In this document: piece after piece, positions 8,291 through 17,829 of the stretch
Position numbering within the stretch: the stretch's first letter is position 1
Layout of the letters: every line of letters begins with the position of its first letter
Assembly (NCBI GenBank): GCA_965217895.1
Contig: CBDCJV010000002.1
Span: 2,176,001 to 2,240,000, forward strand
Source of the DNA: Waterburya sp.
GTDB lineage: Bacteria > Cyanobacteriota > Cyanobacteriia > Cyanobacteriales > Xenococcaceae
Reading direction: 5' to 3'
Length of the DNA stretch: 64,000 bases
The notes under the pieces: model-generated
The model's input: only the letters and a program-made list of their open reading frames with translations
What the model was told of the DNA's origin: nothing
Databases searched by the model: none
Position numbers and translations under genes: made by a program

Positions 8291-11200
8291 ATGCCTTACG
8301 AACCTCTTCATCACAAGTACCGACCACAAACTTTTAAAGATTTAGTAGGTCAAGAGACGATTTCCTTGACCCTCAGTAATGCTTTGAAACAGGAAAAAAT
8401 TGCTCCAGCATATTTATTTACAGGACCTAGAGGAACAGGTAAAACCTCTAGTGCTAGAATTCTAGCGAAATCTTTAAATTGTTTAAATAGCAATCAGCCA
8501 ACTCCTGAACCCTGTGGGGAGTGTGAAGCCTGTTTAGCGATCGCCAAAGGTTCGGCGTTAGACGTGCTGGAAATTGATGCTGCTAGTAACACAGGGGTTG
8601 ATAATATTCGCGAAATCATCGAGCGATCGCGCTTTGCTCCCGTGCAGTGTCGCTATAAAATTTATGCGATCGATGAATGTTTGACAGGAGATTCACTTAT
8701 CCAAACTAATGAAGGATTGATGCGAATTGATAATCCTAATCTGAAAGGAAAAATGGTTCTTAGCTATAACGAGAACACAAAAGTATGGGAGTATAAAACA
8801 GTAATACGCTGGCTAGAACAAGGGAGTAAAAAAACTCTAATTATCAAAACTAGCGATAAACAAATTCGCTGCACAGAAAATCATCTCATTCGGACAGAAA
8901 TAGGATGGATCGAAGCAAGAAACGTCAAAGAAGGAATGAAGATACTATCTCCTGCGAGTGTGGATGTGAAACAAGCATTTATAAATATGGGACAGATGGG
9001 CGAACACGCTGATTTGCAACGGGACATCAATTCAAAGGAAATAAATAAAGACATCCATACAAAAAAGGTCATGGAATCTGGGATAAGCGAGGCAGGGATT
9101 TTATCGATTCCTGTCAGCAATTACAAACTGAGCAATTGGGACTCATATACGAAACTTTACTTGGGGATGGAAGCATCGAATACCCAAACTTACATAGCAG
9201 ATTTCCTCGATTGCGCTGGACTCATGGATCAAAGCAGCAAAAATGGATGGAATATAAAGCAAATCGCTTACAACAATTGCGTCCACAGATACAAAATATC
9301 ATCAATCGAGGATATGGCAAAGAATCAACCATTTGCTATACAGCTTGCCACCCTCAACTACAAGAAGTTTGCGAAATTGTTAAGCCAAATGATAAAGGTA
9401 AATTTATCTCATGGGAATGGCTTCAACTTATCACTCCAGAAGGACTTGCGTGGTGGTACATGGATGACGGTTCTCTTCAGCTTACTCCACAAGATAGTCC
9501 CGCAGTCTTTCTTCACACTGAGGGATTTTCTCAAGCAGAAAACCAAATTATTGCTGAATGGCTTACAAATATGGGATATCCTGCCAAATCAAAATCTTAT
9601 ACAAGAAAATCTACCCAAAAAACCTACTACTACGTCAAATTGGGGGCAAAATCTAGTCGAAAATGGTTGTCAGATTTACAACAATACTCAATTCCCTCAA
9701 TGGACTACAAATTTGGAGAAGGTCAAATCTGTAAGCCACGCTGGTCATGAACCTGTCTATGATCTTGATATAGAAGACAATCATAATTTTGTAGCAAATG
9801 ATCTATTAGTACATAATTGTCATATGCTCAGCACAGCAGCATTCAATGCCTTGCTCAAGACTTTAGAAGAACCACCCCCAAGGGTAGTTTTTATCTTAGC
9901 TACTACCGATCCTCAACGAGTTTTGTCCACAATCATTTCTCGTTGTCAGAGGTTTGATTATCGCCGTATTCCCTTGCCAGCGATGATTAGACATTTAAAG
10001 TATATTGCTGGCGAGGAAAATATTGCGATCGCATCATCGGCGATCGCTTTAATTGCCCAAATTGCCAACGGTGGCTTGCGAGATGCCGAAAGCCTTTTAG
10101 ATCAGCTAAGTCTGTTACCAGAAGAAATTTCTGTGGCAAAGGTATGGGATCTTGTCGGGGCTGTACCCGAACAAGATTTGTTAAAACTACTTCAGGTAAT
10201 TAATGGTAATGATTCTTTAGCAGTTTTACAGCAGTGTCGTAGTCTTTTAGATCGGGGACGAGAACCCATAATCGTCTTACAGAATCTGGCTGGTTTTTAT
10301 CTCAACCTACTAATTGCTAAAACTGCCCCTCAGCGTCCAGATATGGTGGCAGTTACTGAAACCTGCTGGCAACAATTATGTACTGAAGCAACAAATTGGA
10401 ATACCTCTGTAATTTTGCGCGGACAACAGCACTTAAAAGAAGCAGAACCTCAGCTAAAGCATACTACCCAGCCTCGTCTATGGCTAGAGGTGACTTTGCT
10501 AGGACTATTGCCGAGTGCCGAGCAAATTGTTAGCCAGCCTCTTGATACAGCTAAAGTCCCAGTTAATTTTCCGAGTATTCAATCTCAGCCAACACCTGCT
10601 CAAAAAAACACCACTAGCTCTAATACCGCTGCGTCGCCAGAAGTTACAGAAACAAAACCTTTAGCTATAGCACCTACAGAGACAAGCAAACAGATAGAGC
10701 CAAGTGAAGTTACATCTTCTTCATCTTATAGTCCTGGAGTAAATAAGGTTGTCGCTCAACTACCTGCTGTTGTTGAACCCACACCACAGCAATCATCAAG
10801 TCCTGAATTAGTCACCAATGACTTTGCCAAAAATAAAGAAATCTGGAGCAAGGTTGTAGCTTGTTTGCAACCACCTACAACTCAGGCACTTTTAAAACAG
10901 CAGTGTTATTTAGTTGACTTTGATGGTTCAAGTGCTATTGTAGGCATTAGTTCTGCAAAATTACAAAAACTTAATCAGGGTAAAATTCCTAATATTGAAG
11001 CTGCTTTTGCTCAGGTTTGTCAACGTAAGGTTAAAGTTCAGTTAGAAGTTGCTACTCCCAAAGATAGCCTCGCACAAAATTCAGCTACACCAAAAGATAA
11101 TAAGCCGCTTCAAACATCTCAACCCGCTCCAGATTTAGGTAATTCTCCCTCAGAAAACAAATCCATAGCACCGCAGCCTGAAACAAATTTAACAATAGCT

Positions 11201-11560
11201 AAAAATTTTCCTAATCATAAGTCAGAATTTCCCAAGCCCGAAGCAAACATTGCTGTAGTAACGCCTTCTTCATCAACGAGTGATTTACAGTCTGCTAAAA
11301 AGAAAGATTCTGTTTCCTCATCTCCTCTAGCTAAATTGGAAGAAACAATAGCTGCAAATCCTCTACCTATTGAGCAAAATTTAAACAGTGATTATACAGA
11401 CAATCATTTACAGCAGGCAATAGATAGCCTGACTCAAAGTTTTGAAGGTGAATTAGTGAAAATGGATAATGCTCAGGAAGAATTTTTAGAGTCTGAAGAA
11501 ATATTAGAGTTACCAGAAGCAGGTAGACCAAACATGGAAGATTATGACGACGAATGGTAA
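8291..11560 (+). CDS. dnaX: DNA polymerase III subunit gamma/tau, intein-containing precursor
   Basis: YEPLHHKYRPQTF, Walker A GPRGTGKT, Zn-finger cysteines, EIDAASN, IDE|intein|CHMLS, FNALLKTLEEPP, SRC motif. Confidence 0.97.
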   Translation: MPYEPLHHKYRPQTFKDLVGQETISLTLSNALKQEKIAPAYLFTGPRGTGKTSSARILAKSLNCLNSNQPTPEPCGECEACLAIAKGSALDVLEIDAASNTGVDNIREIIERSRFAPVQCRYKIYAIDECLTGDSLIQTNEGLMRIDNPNLKGKMVLSYNENTKVWEYKTVIRWLEQGSKKTLIIKTSDKQIRCTENHLIRTEIGWIEARNVKEGMKILSPASVDVKQAFINMGQMGEHADLQRDINSKEINKDIHTKKVMESGISEAGILSIPVSNYKLSNWDSYTKLYLGMEASNTQTYIADFLDCAGLMDQSSKNGWNIKQIAYNNCVHRYKISSIEDMAKNQPFAIQLATLNYKKFAKLLSQMIKVNLSHGNGFNLSLQKDLRGGTWMTVLFSLLHKIVPQSFFTLRDFLKQKTKLLLNGLQIWDILPNQNLIQENLPKKPTTTSNWGQNLVENGCQIYNNTQFPQWTTNLEKVKSVSHAGHEPVYDLDIEDNHNFVANDLLVHNCHMLSTAAFNALLKTLEEPPPRVVFILATTDPQRVLSTIISRCQRFDYRRIPLPAMIRHLKYIAGEENIAIASSAIALIAQIANGGLRDAESLLDQLSLLPEEISVAKVWDLVGAVPEQDLLKLLQVINGNDSLAVLQQCRSLLDRGREPIIVLQNLAGFYLNLLIAKTAPQRPDMVAVTETCWQQLCTEATNWNTSVILRGQQHLKEAEPQLKHTTQPRLWLEVTLLGLLPSAEQIVSQPLDTAKVPVNFPSIQSQPTPAQKNTTSSNTAASPEVTETKPLAIAPTETSKQIEPSEVTSSSSYSPGVNKVVAQLPAVVEPTPQQSSSPELVTNDFAKNKEIWSKVVACLQPPTTQALLKQQCYLVDFDGSSAIVGISSAKLQKLNQGKIPNIEAAFAQVCQRKVKVQLEVATPKDSLAQNSATPKDNKPLQTSQPAPDLGNSPSENKSIAPQPETNLTIAKNFPNHKSEFPKPEANIAVVTPSSSTSDLQSAKKKDSVSSSPLAKLEETIAANPLPIEQNLNSDYTDNHLQQAIDSLTQSFEGELVKMDNAQEEFLESEEILELPEAGRPNMEDYDDEW
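8905..9048 (+). pseudogene. Disrupted N-terminal part (CECGC domain) of the out-of-frame endonuclease
   Basis: Same frame as 9136-9750: MDRSKKRQRRNEDTISCECGCETSIYKYGTDGRTR*FATGHQFKGNK*, with stops at 9010 and 9046. Confidence 0.65.
9049..9750 (+). CDS. LAGLIDADG homing endonuclease overprinted in the -1 frame inside the intein
   Basis: Frame is open from 9049 (first TTG at 9136). Two LAGLIDADG motifs, IYETLLGDGSI and LAWWYMDDGSL, plus LHTEGFS and IPSMDYK. Confidence 0.85.
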   Translation, partial: RHPYKKGHGIWDKRGRDFIDSCQQLQTEQLGLIYETLLGDGSIEYPNLHSRFPRLRWTHGSKQQKWMEYKANRLQQLRPQIQNIINRGYGKESTICYTACHPQLQEVCEIVKPNDKGKFISWEWLQLITPEGLAWWYMDDGSLQLTPQDSPAVFLHTEGFSQAENQIIAEWLTNMGYPAKSKSYTRKSTQKTYYYVKLGAKSSRKWLSDLQQYSIPSMDYKFGEGQICKPRWS

Positions 11561-11705
11561 GCAGTCTCTTGGTTGATTCAAATTTTTGGCTTGATTGGTA
11601 AAAAATAAATTATTCAAAAATGTTATGAACAGATCGGCAGCGATCGCCTGCCAAGGCTCCTTGAGCGGTAACAGTTTCAATTTGCCTTAATTCCTCATCC
11701 CTTAC

Positions 11706-12785
11706 TTAGTCTCCTAAGCAAATACCTAAACCTCTTGCGGTTTTAATCAAAGTATCTTCTGGATCTACAGCGCGGTAATTTTTAATAGCCTCAGCGATAG
11801 GAATACTGGTAACTTGACGATCTTGCCAAGCAACCATGCGATCGTATTTTTCCTGAGCAATAAGCTCTACTGCTGCTACCCCAAAAGCCGAAGCTAAGAT
11901 GCGATCTAGAGGCGAAGAAATACCTCCTCGTTGAGTATGACCCAAAACGGTAACTCTAGTTTCTGCACCGCTTTTTTGCGTAATTTGTTCGGCTAAATAC
12001 TGACCAATGCCCCCCAAACGGCAATCAGCAAAATGCCCTTGCTCTAGTACATTCCCTGCTTCGGTACATACAGCTTCCGAGACTACGGCAATAGAGTAAT
12101 CTTGTCCTCTGGCTTGTCTTTTCTTAATATGCCGACAAATATTTTCAAGCTTATAGGAAATTTCAGGAATCATAATTATATTTGCCCCGCCAGCAATTCC
12201 TGCATTAAGAGCAATATGTCCTGCGTCTCTGCCCATCACTTCGAGGATCAAAACTCGGCTATGACTAGCAGCAGTAAAGTGTAAGCGATCTAGGGCTTCG
12301 GTAGCAATGTTAACTGCTGTATCAAAACCAATTGATCGCTCTGTAATACCTACATCATTATCAATGGTTTTAGGAATACCAACTAAATTTATTCCTCCTT
12401 GCTGTGCCAGCTTCCGTAGAATAGCTAGGCTGCCGTCTCCACCAATGCCAATTAAGGCATCTAAATCTAGCTTTCTATAGCCCTCAATGATTTCTGAAGA
12501 GCGATCGCCTATTGTGCCATCAGACATGGGAAAAGCAAAAGGATCGCCTTTGTTTGTTGTCCCCAAAATTGTTCCACCCATAGTCAACAAGCGATCAACT
12601 TGGGTTACATCTAGGGGCATCGCTTCGGGGGGACGAGTCATCAAGCCATGAGTTGCTTTACAAATCCCCAATACTTCCCAACCATATACATCAACTGCAC
12701 AACGAGTTACCGCTCGAATTACCGCATTTAAACCAGCACAGTCACCACCACTAGTTAAAATACCAATTCTTTTTCTTTCTGGCAT
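11706..12785 (-). CDS. pfkA: ATP-dependent 6-phosphofructokinase
   Basis: TSGGDCAGLN, IGGDGS, PKTIDND, EVMGR, LGHTQRGG. Confidence 0.95.
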   Translation of the reverse strand: MPERKRIGILTSGGDCAGLNAVIRAVTRCAVDVYGWEVLGICKATHGLMTRPPEAMPLDVTQVDRLLTMGGTILGTTNKGDPFAFPMSDGTIGDRSSEIIEGYRKLDLDALIGIGGDGSLAILRKLAQQGGINLVGIPKTIDNDVGITERSIGFDTAVNIATEALDRLHFTAASHSRVLILEVMGRDAGHIALNAGIAGGANIIMIPEISYKLENICRHIKKRQARGQDYSIAVVSEAVCTEAGNVLEQGHFADCRLGGIGQYLAEQITQKSGAETRVTVLGHTQRGGISSPLDRILASAFGVAAVELIAQEKYDRMVAWQDRQVTSIPIAEAIKNYRAVDPEDTLIKTARGLGICLGD

Positions 12786-12983
12786 TCATCAAAATCAAAT
12801 AGCTTACGCTTTAATTTTTGTACCTAATGGTAACAAAGACTACAAAATGTAACAAAACTCCAGAAATAGTTTTTCCAAAACACTTTTGGCAGCAATTTTC
12901 TTATAGTATGATCGATCAAAAGGCAGCTTTGATATACCAAAAGCAGACATTGCTGCTTGATTAAACTGTAACGATGTAAAGCT

Positions 12984-13580
12984 ATGTTGATAAATGCTAA
13001 ACTGCCGTTCGATCCAGAACGTCTTAGTCAAGAAGACCAAACTTTGAGTTTAGCAGGAATGAGTTGGGCTGATTATGAAAAATTTGATTCTCAAGAATAT
13101 TTAGGTTATCGCGTCTCATTTTTTAATGGGGTAATCACTTTAGTGTCTCCCAGTCAAAATCATGAAATCATAGCCGAGGTAATCAACTATTTAGTAGTTG
13201 CTTACTGCAAGAAAATCAATTTGCCCTATTATCCTATGCGATCTACCAGATTAATCAACAAGCCTCTGGCTGGAAAAGAACCAGACGTTAGTTTTTCTTT
13301 TGATTCCCAAAAAAACATTCCCGATCTGGCTATTGAAGTAATATTTTCTAGTGGTAGTATCGAAGATCTTAAAAAGTACCAGTCTTTAAAAGTTGCAGAA
13401 GTCTGGTTTTGGCAAGATAACAAAATCGCTTTTTATCATTTAGGTATAGAGGAATATGTCGAAATAGGTGAAAGCGTATTTTTGCATAATCTAGCTGCTA
13501 AAGATCTAGAAGTTTTTGTTAATCGTGGATTTAATGAAAGTCCATTGACAATAGAGTCCGATTTTCTTAACTTCATTTAG
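12984..13580 (+). CDS. Uma2 family endonuclease
   Basis: SW.DY, SPSQNHE, KEPD.SF, PDLAIEV, EVWFW. Confidence 0.9.
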   Translation: MLINAKLPFDPERLSQEDQTLSLAGMSWADYEKFDSQEYLGYRVSFFNGVITLVSPSQNHEIIAEVINYLVVAYCKKINLPYYPMRSTRLINKPLAGKEPDVSFSFDSQKNIPDLAIEVIFSSGSIEDLKKYQSLKVAEVWFWQDNKIAFYHLGIEEYVEIGESVFLHNLAAKDLEVFVNRGFNESPLTIESDFLNFI

Positions 13581-13710
13581 AAGAAATTTTCTAGCTTAAT
13601 TGGCAGAATAAAGCGATCGCTACACTACTTTTAGATAATACAGCGATCGCGCTAATCAATGATTCCAGTTCAAAAATCCAGCAGTAGTAACTGCTAACTG
13701 CTCACTGAAC

Positions 13711-15957
13711 TTAAGGTGTTTGTAGCTTAATAAACTTGTCTTCGGGAACAAAACTACGGAATTCACCGCGATCGCAAAAGATAGCTAAGATCTCTAGAGT
13801 ATAGTCAGGTTGAATATGTAAGTCTGCCCAAGGAACAGCAATTTCTAGACACTGATCGAAAGCAGCTTCGGCACGACAGGCGCGTATCTGCCACTGCAAT
13901 TCACCATGAGCCTCTTCCAACCAAACTGAATCATTGATCAGGTTGATGCCCAGATGATGGTGGAAAGAATAATTTGTCGGAGCTTCATTAGGTAACCCAG
14001 ATATAGGTGCAGGACTATTATGATTGGTCATTCCAGGGTAATACCAGAGTAGATGTAATTCCCCAGGAATATCTTTACCAGGCTCGACTCCTGCCTTAAA
14101 GTCCATTCGCAAATAAAAATTACGGTGGTCTAAACCATAATACAATCTCTGGACGACGCTGCTGCGGTGCATTGTGCCTCTTGCGCCACCCACTTCGATT
14201 CTGCCTGCACGATCCCAATCTTGTTCGTCGCCAATACCGTTAATAATAGGATGAATAAAGCTTTGGGGAGGGCGATCGCCTTTTACTTCATGTTTATCCA
14301 CTGCTTGATAAATGTTTTCAGGAATCGGCTCATCTAGTGCTTGATAAATAGCGCAAATATGTTCGCGGAATAGCTGATCGAACATCTCATCTTGGTTAGA
14401 AGAATGTCCTTCGCCAAACCACCAAAACCAGTCTGAACCTTCGGCTGCATATAAAGCTTCCCAAACTTCGGGATTTGTTTCTTCGGTGGCTTCTGGATGT
14501 CTGGCTAAAGTTTCTCTGGCTTGAGTTAATAAGTCCCAAGCGCGATTTTTGACAGGATCGCCAATCCAGGTGGTAAAGCTACCGTCTACCCAAGAGCCAC
14601 TGTGTAACTGTTGAGCGGGAATCGTTTCTGTGGGGGGAAACTGTTCGATAAACTCTTTAACCGTTACTAGCTTAATATCTTCACCACGGCTCAGTCTAGC
14701 GTATAAAGCGTCTAGAAAAGGCATTCCGTCACGAGGGTAGTATTCCCAACAGTTTTCTCCATCTAGGGCAATCGTTACCAGCCAAGGCTGTTCTAAAGCA
14801 GCATCGGGGTTATCCTGATGAGATTTAAGGGAACGGGCGATCGCTTCTAAATGCCCGATCAAATCCGCAGCAGCATTACGAGGACTCATGCCGCTGTAGG
14901 TAAAGCCAATTAAATCCGACAGACGGTGATCGCGGAAGACAATTGCCAAGTCGCCGTTTTCGGTTTCTAATTTATAAGGACGATAGAGTAATTCTGGTTG
15001 ATAGACATTTCCTGCTTCGTCACGATGGAAGAAGTGCTTCATACTCCAGCCCAAAACCGCCTCATCCGAACAAATCCATTTAAAGCCTTGTTGGGTTATA
15101 TAGGGCAAAATTGTCGGGCTAACAGACTGTTCAGAGGGCCACAAACCCGCAGGTTCTTGTTCAAAACGGTCTAAATACATTTCCCAAGCAATACTTAAAT
15201 GACGGGGAATATCTTCCTCCCACTGGAAACGACTCTGGGGTAAGCTCATATTGGGGACAGCTACTCGCCCCGCATTGGTATCTGCCAGTAAAGGTAAGAT
15301 CGGATGAGTATAGGGGGTAGTCATAATCTCTAGCTGCCCAGCATCCTGCATTTTCTTATGTTGAGGGATAATGCGCTTAATAATTTCCTGTTGCTTAGAA
15401 TAAATTCTCTGGCGATCGCTTAAGGTAAAATTCTTACCCTGTTCTAACCAGCCTGCAATTTCGGCATCATCCCAAAATAAAGGATCGATCCAAGCCAAAT
15501 TATGCCAAGCCAACAAATCACTATAGTCTTGATTAGTCCAATTGGCTAAACACCAGTCAAAACCATTGTCTTGTCGTTGGTGATAGAGTTGAGCATAGCG
15601 AGGATGGGGTTCAACTAACGTGTGATAGTAACCATCAAAGAAGTGCTTGATAATGTATTGCTTTTCTTTCGGTTTGAGGTTTGCTTCTGGGGTTAATGCT
15701 AATGCTAAATAAGGATCGATCGCTTCCCCTTCAGCATAGTCTTCTAGCTGCAAGATCAGTGAAGGCACAAGATTTACTGTCTGGTGCAGTTTTGGATATT
15801 TCTCCAACATCAAAACTAAATCTAAATAATCTTTAGTGCCATGAAGACGCACCCAGGGTAAACGATATTGTCCCCAAGCATCTGAGTCTGCTTCTCTGGA
15901 CTTGTATAGGGGTTGATGTTGATGCCAAACAAAAGCTACATAAAGAGGATGAGACAT
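13711..15957 (-). CDS. Glycoside hydrolase family 57 (amylopullulanase-like)
   Basis: WHQHQP, LPWVRLH, HPILPLL, WPSE, LDGENCWE, AEGSDWFWW. Confidence 0.92.
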   Translation of the reverse strand: MSHPLYVAFVWHQHQPLYKSREADSDAWGQYRLPWVRLHGTKDYLDLVLMLEKYPKLHQTVNLVPSLILQLEDYAEGEAIDPYLALALTPEANLKPKEKQYIIKHFFDGYYHTLVEPHPRYAQLYHQRQDNGFDWCLANWTNQDYSDLLAWHNLAWIDPLFWDDAEIAGWLEQGKNFTLSDRQRIYSKQQEIIKRIIPQHKKMQDAGQLEIMTTPYTHPILPLLADTNAGRVAVPNMSLPQSRFQWEEDIPRHLSIAWEMYLDRFEQEPAGLWPSEQSVSPTILPYITQQGFKWICSDEAVLGWSMKHFFHRDEAGNVYQPELLYRPYKLETENGDLAIVFRDHRLSDLIGFTYSGMSPRNAAADLIGHLEAIARSLKSHQDNPDAALEQPWLVTIALDGENCWEYYPRDGMPFLDALYARLSRGEDIKLVTVKEFIEQFPPTETIPAQQLHSGSWVDGSFTTWIGDPVKNRAWDLLTQARETLARHPEATEETNPEVWEALYAAEGSDWFWWFGEGHSSNQDEMFDQLFREHICAIYQALDEPIPENIYQAVDKHEVKGDRPPQSFIHPIINGIGDEQDWDRAGRIEVGGARGTMHRSSVVQRLYYGLDHRNFYLRMDFKAGVEPGKDIPGELHLLWYYPGMTNHNSPAPISGLPNEAPTNYSFHHHLGINLINDSVWLEEAHGELQWQIRACRAEAAFDQCLEIAVPWADLHIQPDYTLEILAIFCDRGEFRSFVPEDKFIKLQTP

Positions 15958-16021
15958 AAATCAATCAGCGGTGAGCAGGATACAAAGTTAATATAGATCT
16001 TTATCCCAGTCTACAATTCTT

Positions 16022-16059
16022 AAAACAAAAGAAAGGACTTAGAGGGTCAGCCTAAGTCC
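16022..16059 (-). terminator. Rho-independent terminator after the CARDB gene
   Basis: Stem ggacttag/ctaagtcc followed by a U-rich tract on the minus strand. Confidence 0.65.
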
Positions 16060-16122
16060 ATTAAAAAAAGAAGGGTATTATTTTTAAGTTTGCGTATCCT
16101 GATTTACGATTTATCTAGCTGA

Positions 16123-17829
16123 CTAGATTACGTTAATATTTACTTTCGCGTAGTCCATATCTAAGCCGTTGAGGCTATTGTTCGTTTCATCGCTTTCAGC
16201 CACGTCTCCGTAAGGATCTGCTGCCACACCAACATAATATTCACCGCTACCCGCAGTAAAACCAGCCCAGTTTTCAGGCAAAGTTAACTTAGTAGTCATG
16301 GTGGTGCTGCCATTAGCTTCAAGACTCATTCGAGCAGAATCTTTATCTCCCTGTAGGAAGAATGCTCCAGGATCATCTTTAATACTTAACTCATCGTGAT
16401 TAGTTAGATAATCCTTGGTGAAGACATAGAAACCTGCTGCAAAGTCATCAGCAGAAGCATTTCCTTTATTTTCAATCTCATAGATAACTTCAAAAGTCGA
16501 TCCAGTTGAGATAGTATCGGCACTAACTTTAAAAGTCGATCCAGTTAGCAGATCGGCAGTACCTTCAGGAGCATTATCAATGCTGACTTTCTGGTAGTCT
16601 ACATCTACTCCAGTCAGGCTATTATTAGCCTCATCACTTTCGGCAACATCATCATAAACATCTGCCTCCGCACCCAGATAATAATCTCCAGAGCCAGTGA
16701 AGCCTTTCCACTCTTGGGGGATAGTTATATCAGTGGTCATAGTGGCACTTTTACCAGCTTCAAGACTCATTCGAGCCGAATCTTTATCTCCTTGCAGGAA
16801 GAATACTCCAGGATCATCTTCAATACTTAGACTATCGTTATTCGCTAAATAATCTTCTGTAAATAAATAGAAACCTGTACCAAAATCATCAGCAGTAGAA
16901 TCACCTTGGTTAGTGATTTCGTATTCTACTGTCACGGTATCTCCAGCAGCTACATTATCTGGTACTTTAAAACCAGTTACAGCCAAATCTGCTGAACTAG
17001 GAACAGCATCAAATCCAGTATTAATAGCACTTATGCTTGTATAGTCTAATCCTGCATTTTGTCCGCTATTGTTAACTTCATTGGTTTCGCTTACTTCATC
17101 TTTGGAGTCAACATCTAAAAGAACATTATATTTTCCATCACCACTTTTCCAAAAAGGATGACCTTCTGGAGGAACTTGATAACTGTATTTTTTAACCCCT
17201 GTATTGCTATTGGGATTTACGATGTCTCTAATATCGTAAGTGCCAAGTTTGGCATCATCTTCGGATACCTTTGCATCTTTAGAAAGATAAATATCAACTG
17301 AAAATGGGTTGGCTATTTGGTCGGGACTGACATTTGCCACAGAGAAACTAAGGTCTATATAACTTCCAGCAGCAACCTCTGGCTTGCCAACCGTGGTTTG
17401 CAACCCAACTAAATCAGAATCTTTGAACTCTACGACTCCAACTGTATCTAGATCGACTCCTATGCCTTGGTTACTATTATTGCTTTTATCAGACTCAGAG
17501 AACTTGTTTTTGGGATCGAGACGTAGACCTACTGTATAAGTACTATCTTTGTCTAGCCAAAATGGACTTGTAACGCTAGGAGTTTTGTAGCGAAAACTTT
17601 TAAGACCTGAATCTTTACCAGCTTCTAGTCCATTTTTTATTTCATAGTTACCGATTTTTAGATCATTTTCATCAATATTCTCATCTTGAGAAATAACAAT
17701 ATCAAAATCAAATGGTTGAATATCTTCATCGCCATTATTAACAACAGAAAAATCAAGATTTATATCTTGTCCTCTACTTATTTTCTGTTGAGTAATATTA
17801 AAAAAACTACCAGTTAGATCTATTGCCAT
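16123..17829 (-). CDS. CARDB (Ig-like) repeat protein, four domains
   Basis: Four DL...V.N.G...ES.E.NN repeats. ATG at 17829 (MAIDLTG) preferred over TTG at 17859. Confidence 0.8.
   Translation of the reverse strand: MAIDLTGSFFNITQQKISRGQDINLDFSVVNNGDEDIQPFDFDIVISQDENIDENDLKIGNYEIKNGLEAGKDSGLKSFRYKTPSVTSPFWLDKDSTYTVGLRLDPKNKFSESDKSNNSNQGIGVDLDTVGVVEFKDSDLVGLQTTVGKPEVAAGSYIDLSFSVANVSPDQIANPFSVDIYLSKDAKVSEDDAKLGTYDIRDIVNPNSNTGVKKYSYQVPPEGHPFWKSGDGKYNVLLDVDSKDEVSETNEVNNSGQNAGLDYTSISAINTGFDAVPSSADLAVTGFKVPDNVAAGDTVTVEYEITNQGDSTADDFGTGFYLFTEDYLANNDSLSIEDDPGVFFLQGDKDSARMSLEAGKSATMTTDITIPQEWKGFTGSGDYYLGAEADVYDDVAESDEANNSLTGVDVDYQKVSIDNAPEGTADLLTGSTFKVSADTISTGSTFEVIYEIENKGNASADDFAAGFYVFTKDYLTNHDELSIKDDPGAFFLQGDKDSARMSLEANGSTTMTTKLTLPENWAGFTAGSGEYYVGVAADPYGDVAESDETNNSLNGLDMDYAKVNINVI

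Larger units (their letters stand above)
8678..9817 (+). mobile_element. DnaX intein, 380 aa, inserted in the Walker B motif (DE|CH)
   Basis: Starts CLTGDS (block A); CTENH (block B); ends VYDLDIEDNHNFVANDLLVHN (blocks F/G); +1 Cys at 9818. Confidence 0.95.

Noticed and set aside
8821..8853. AGGGAG followed by an A7 run in the intein, as a route into the endonuclease frame
   Set aside because: The -1 frame hits TAG at 8851, before the endonuclease region, and the SD spacing is wrong.
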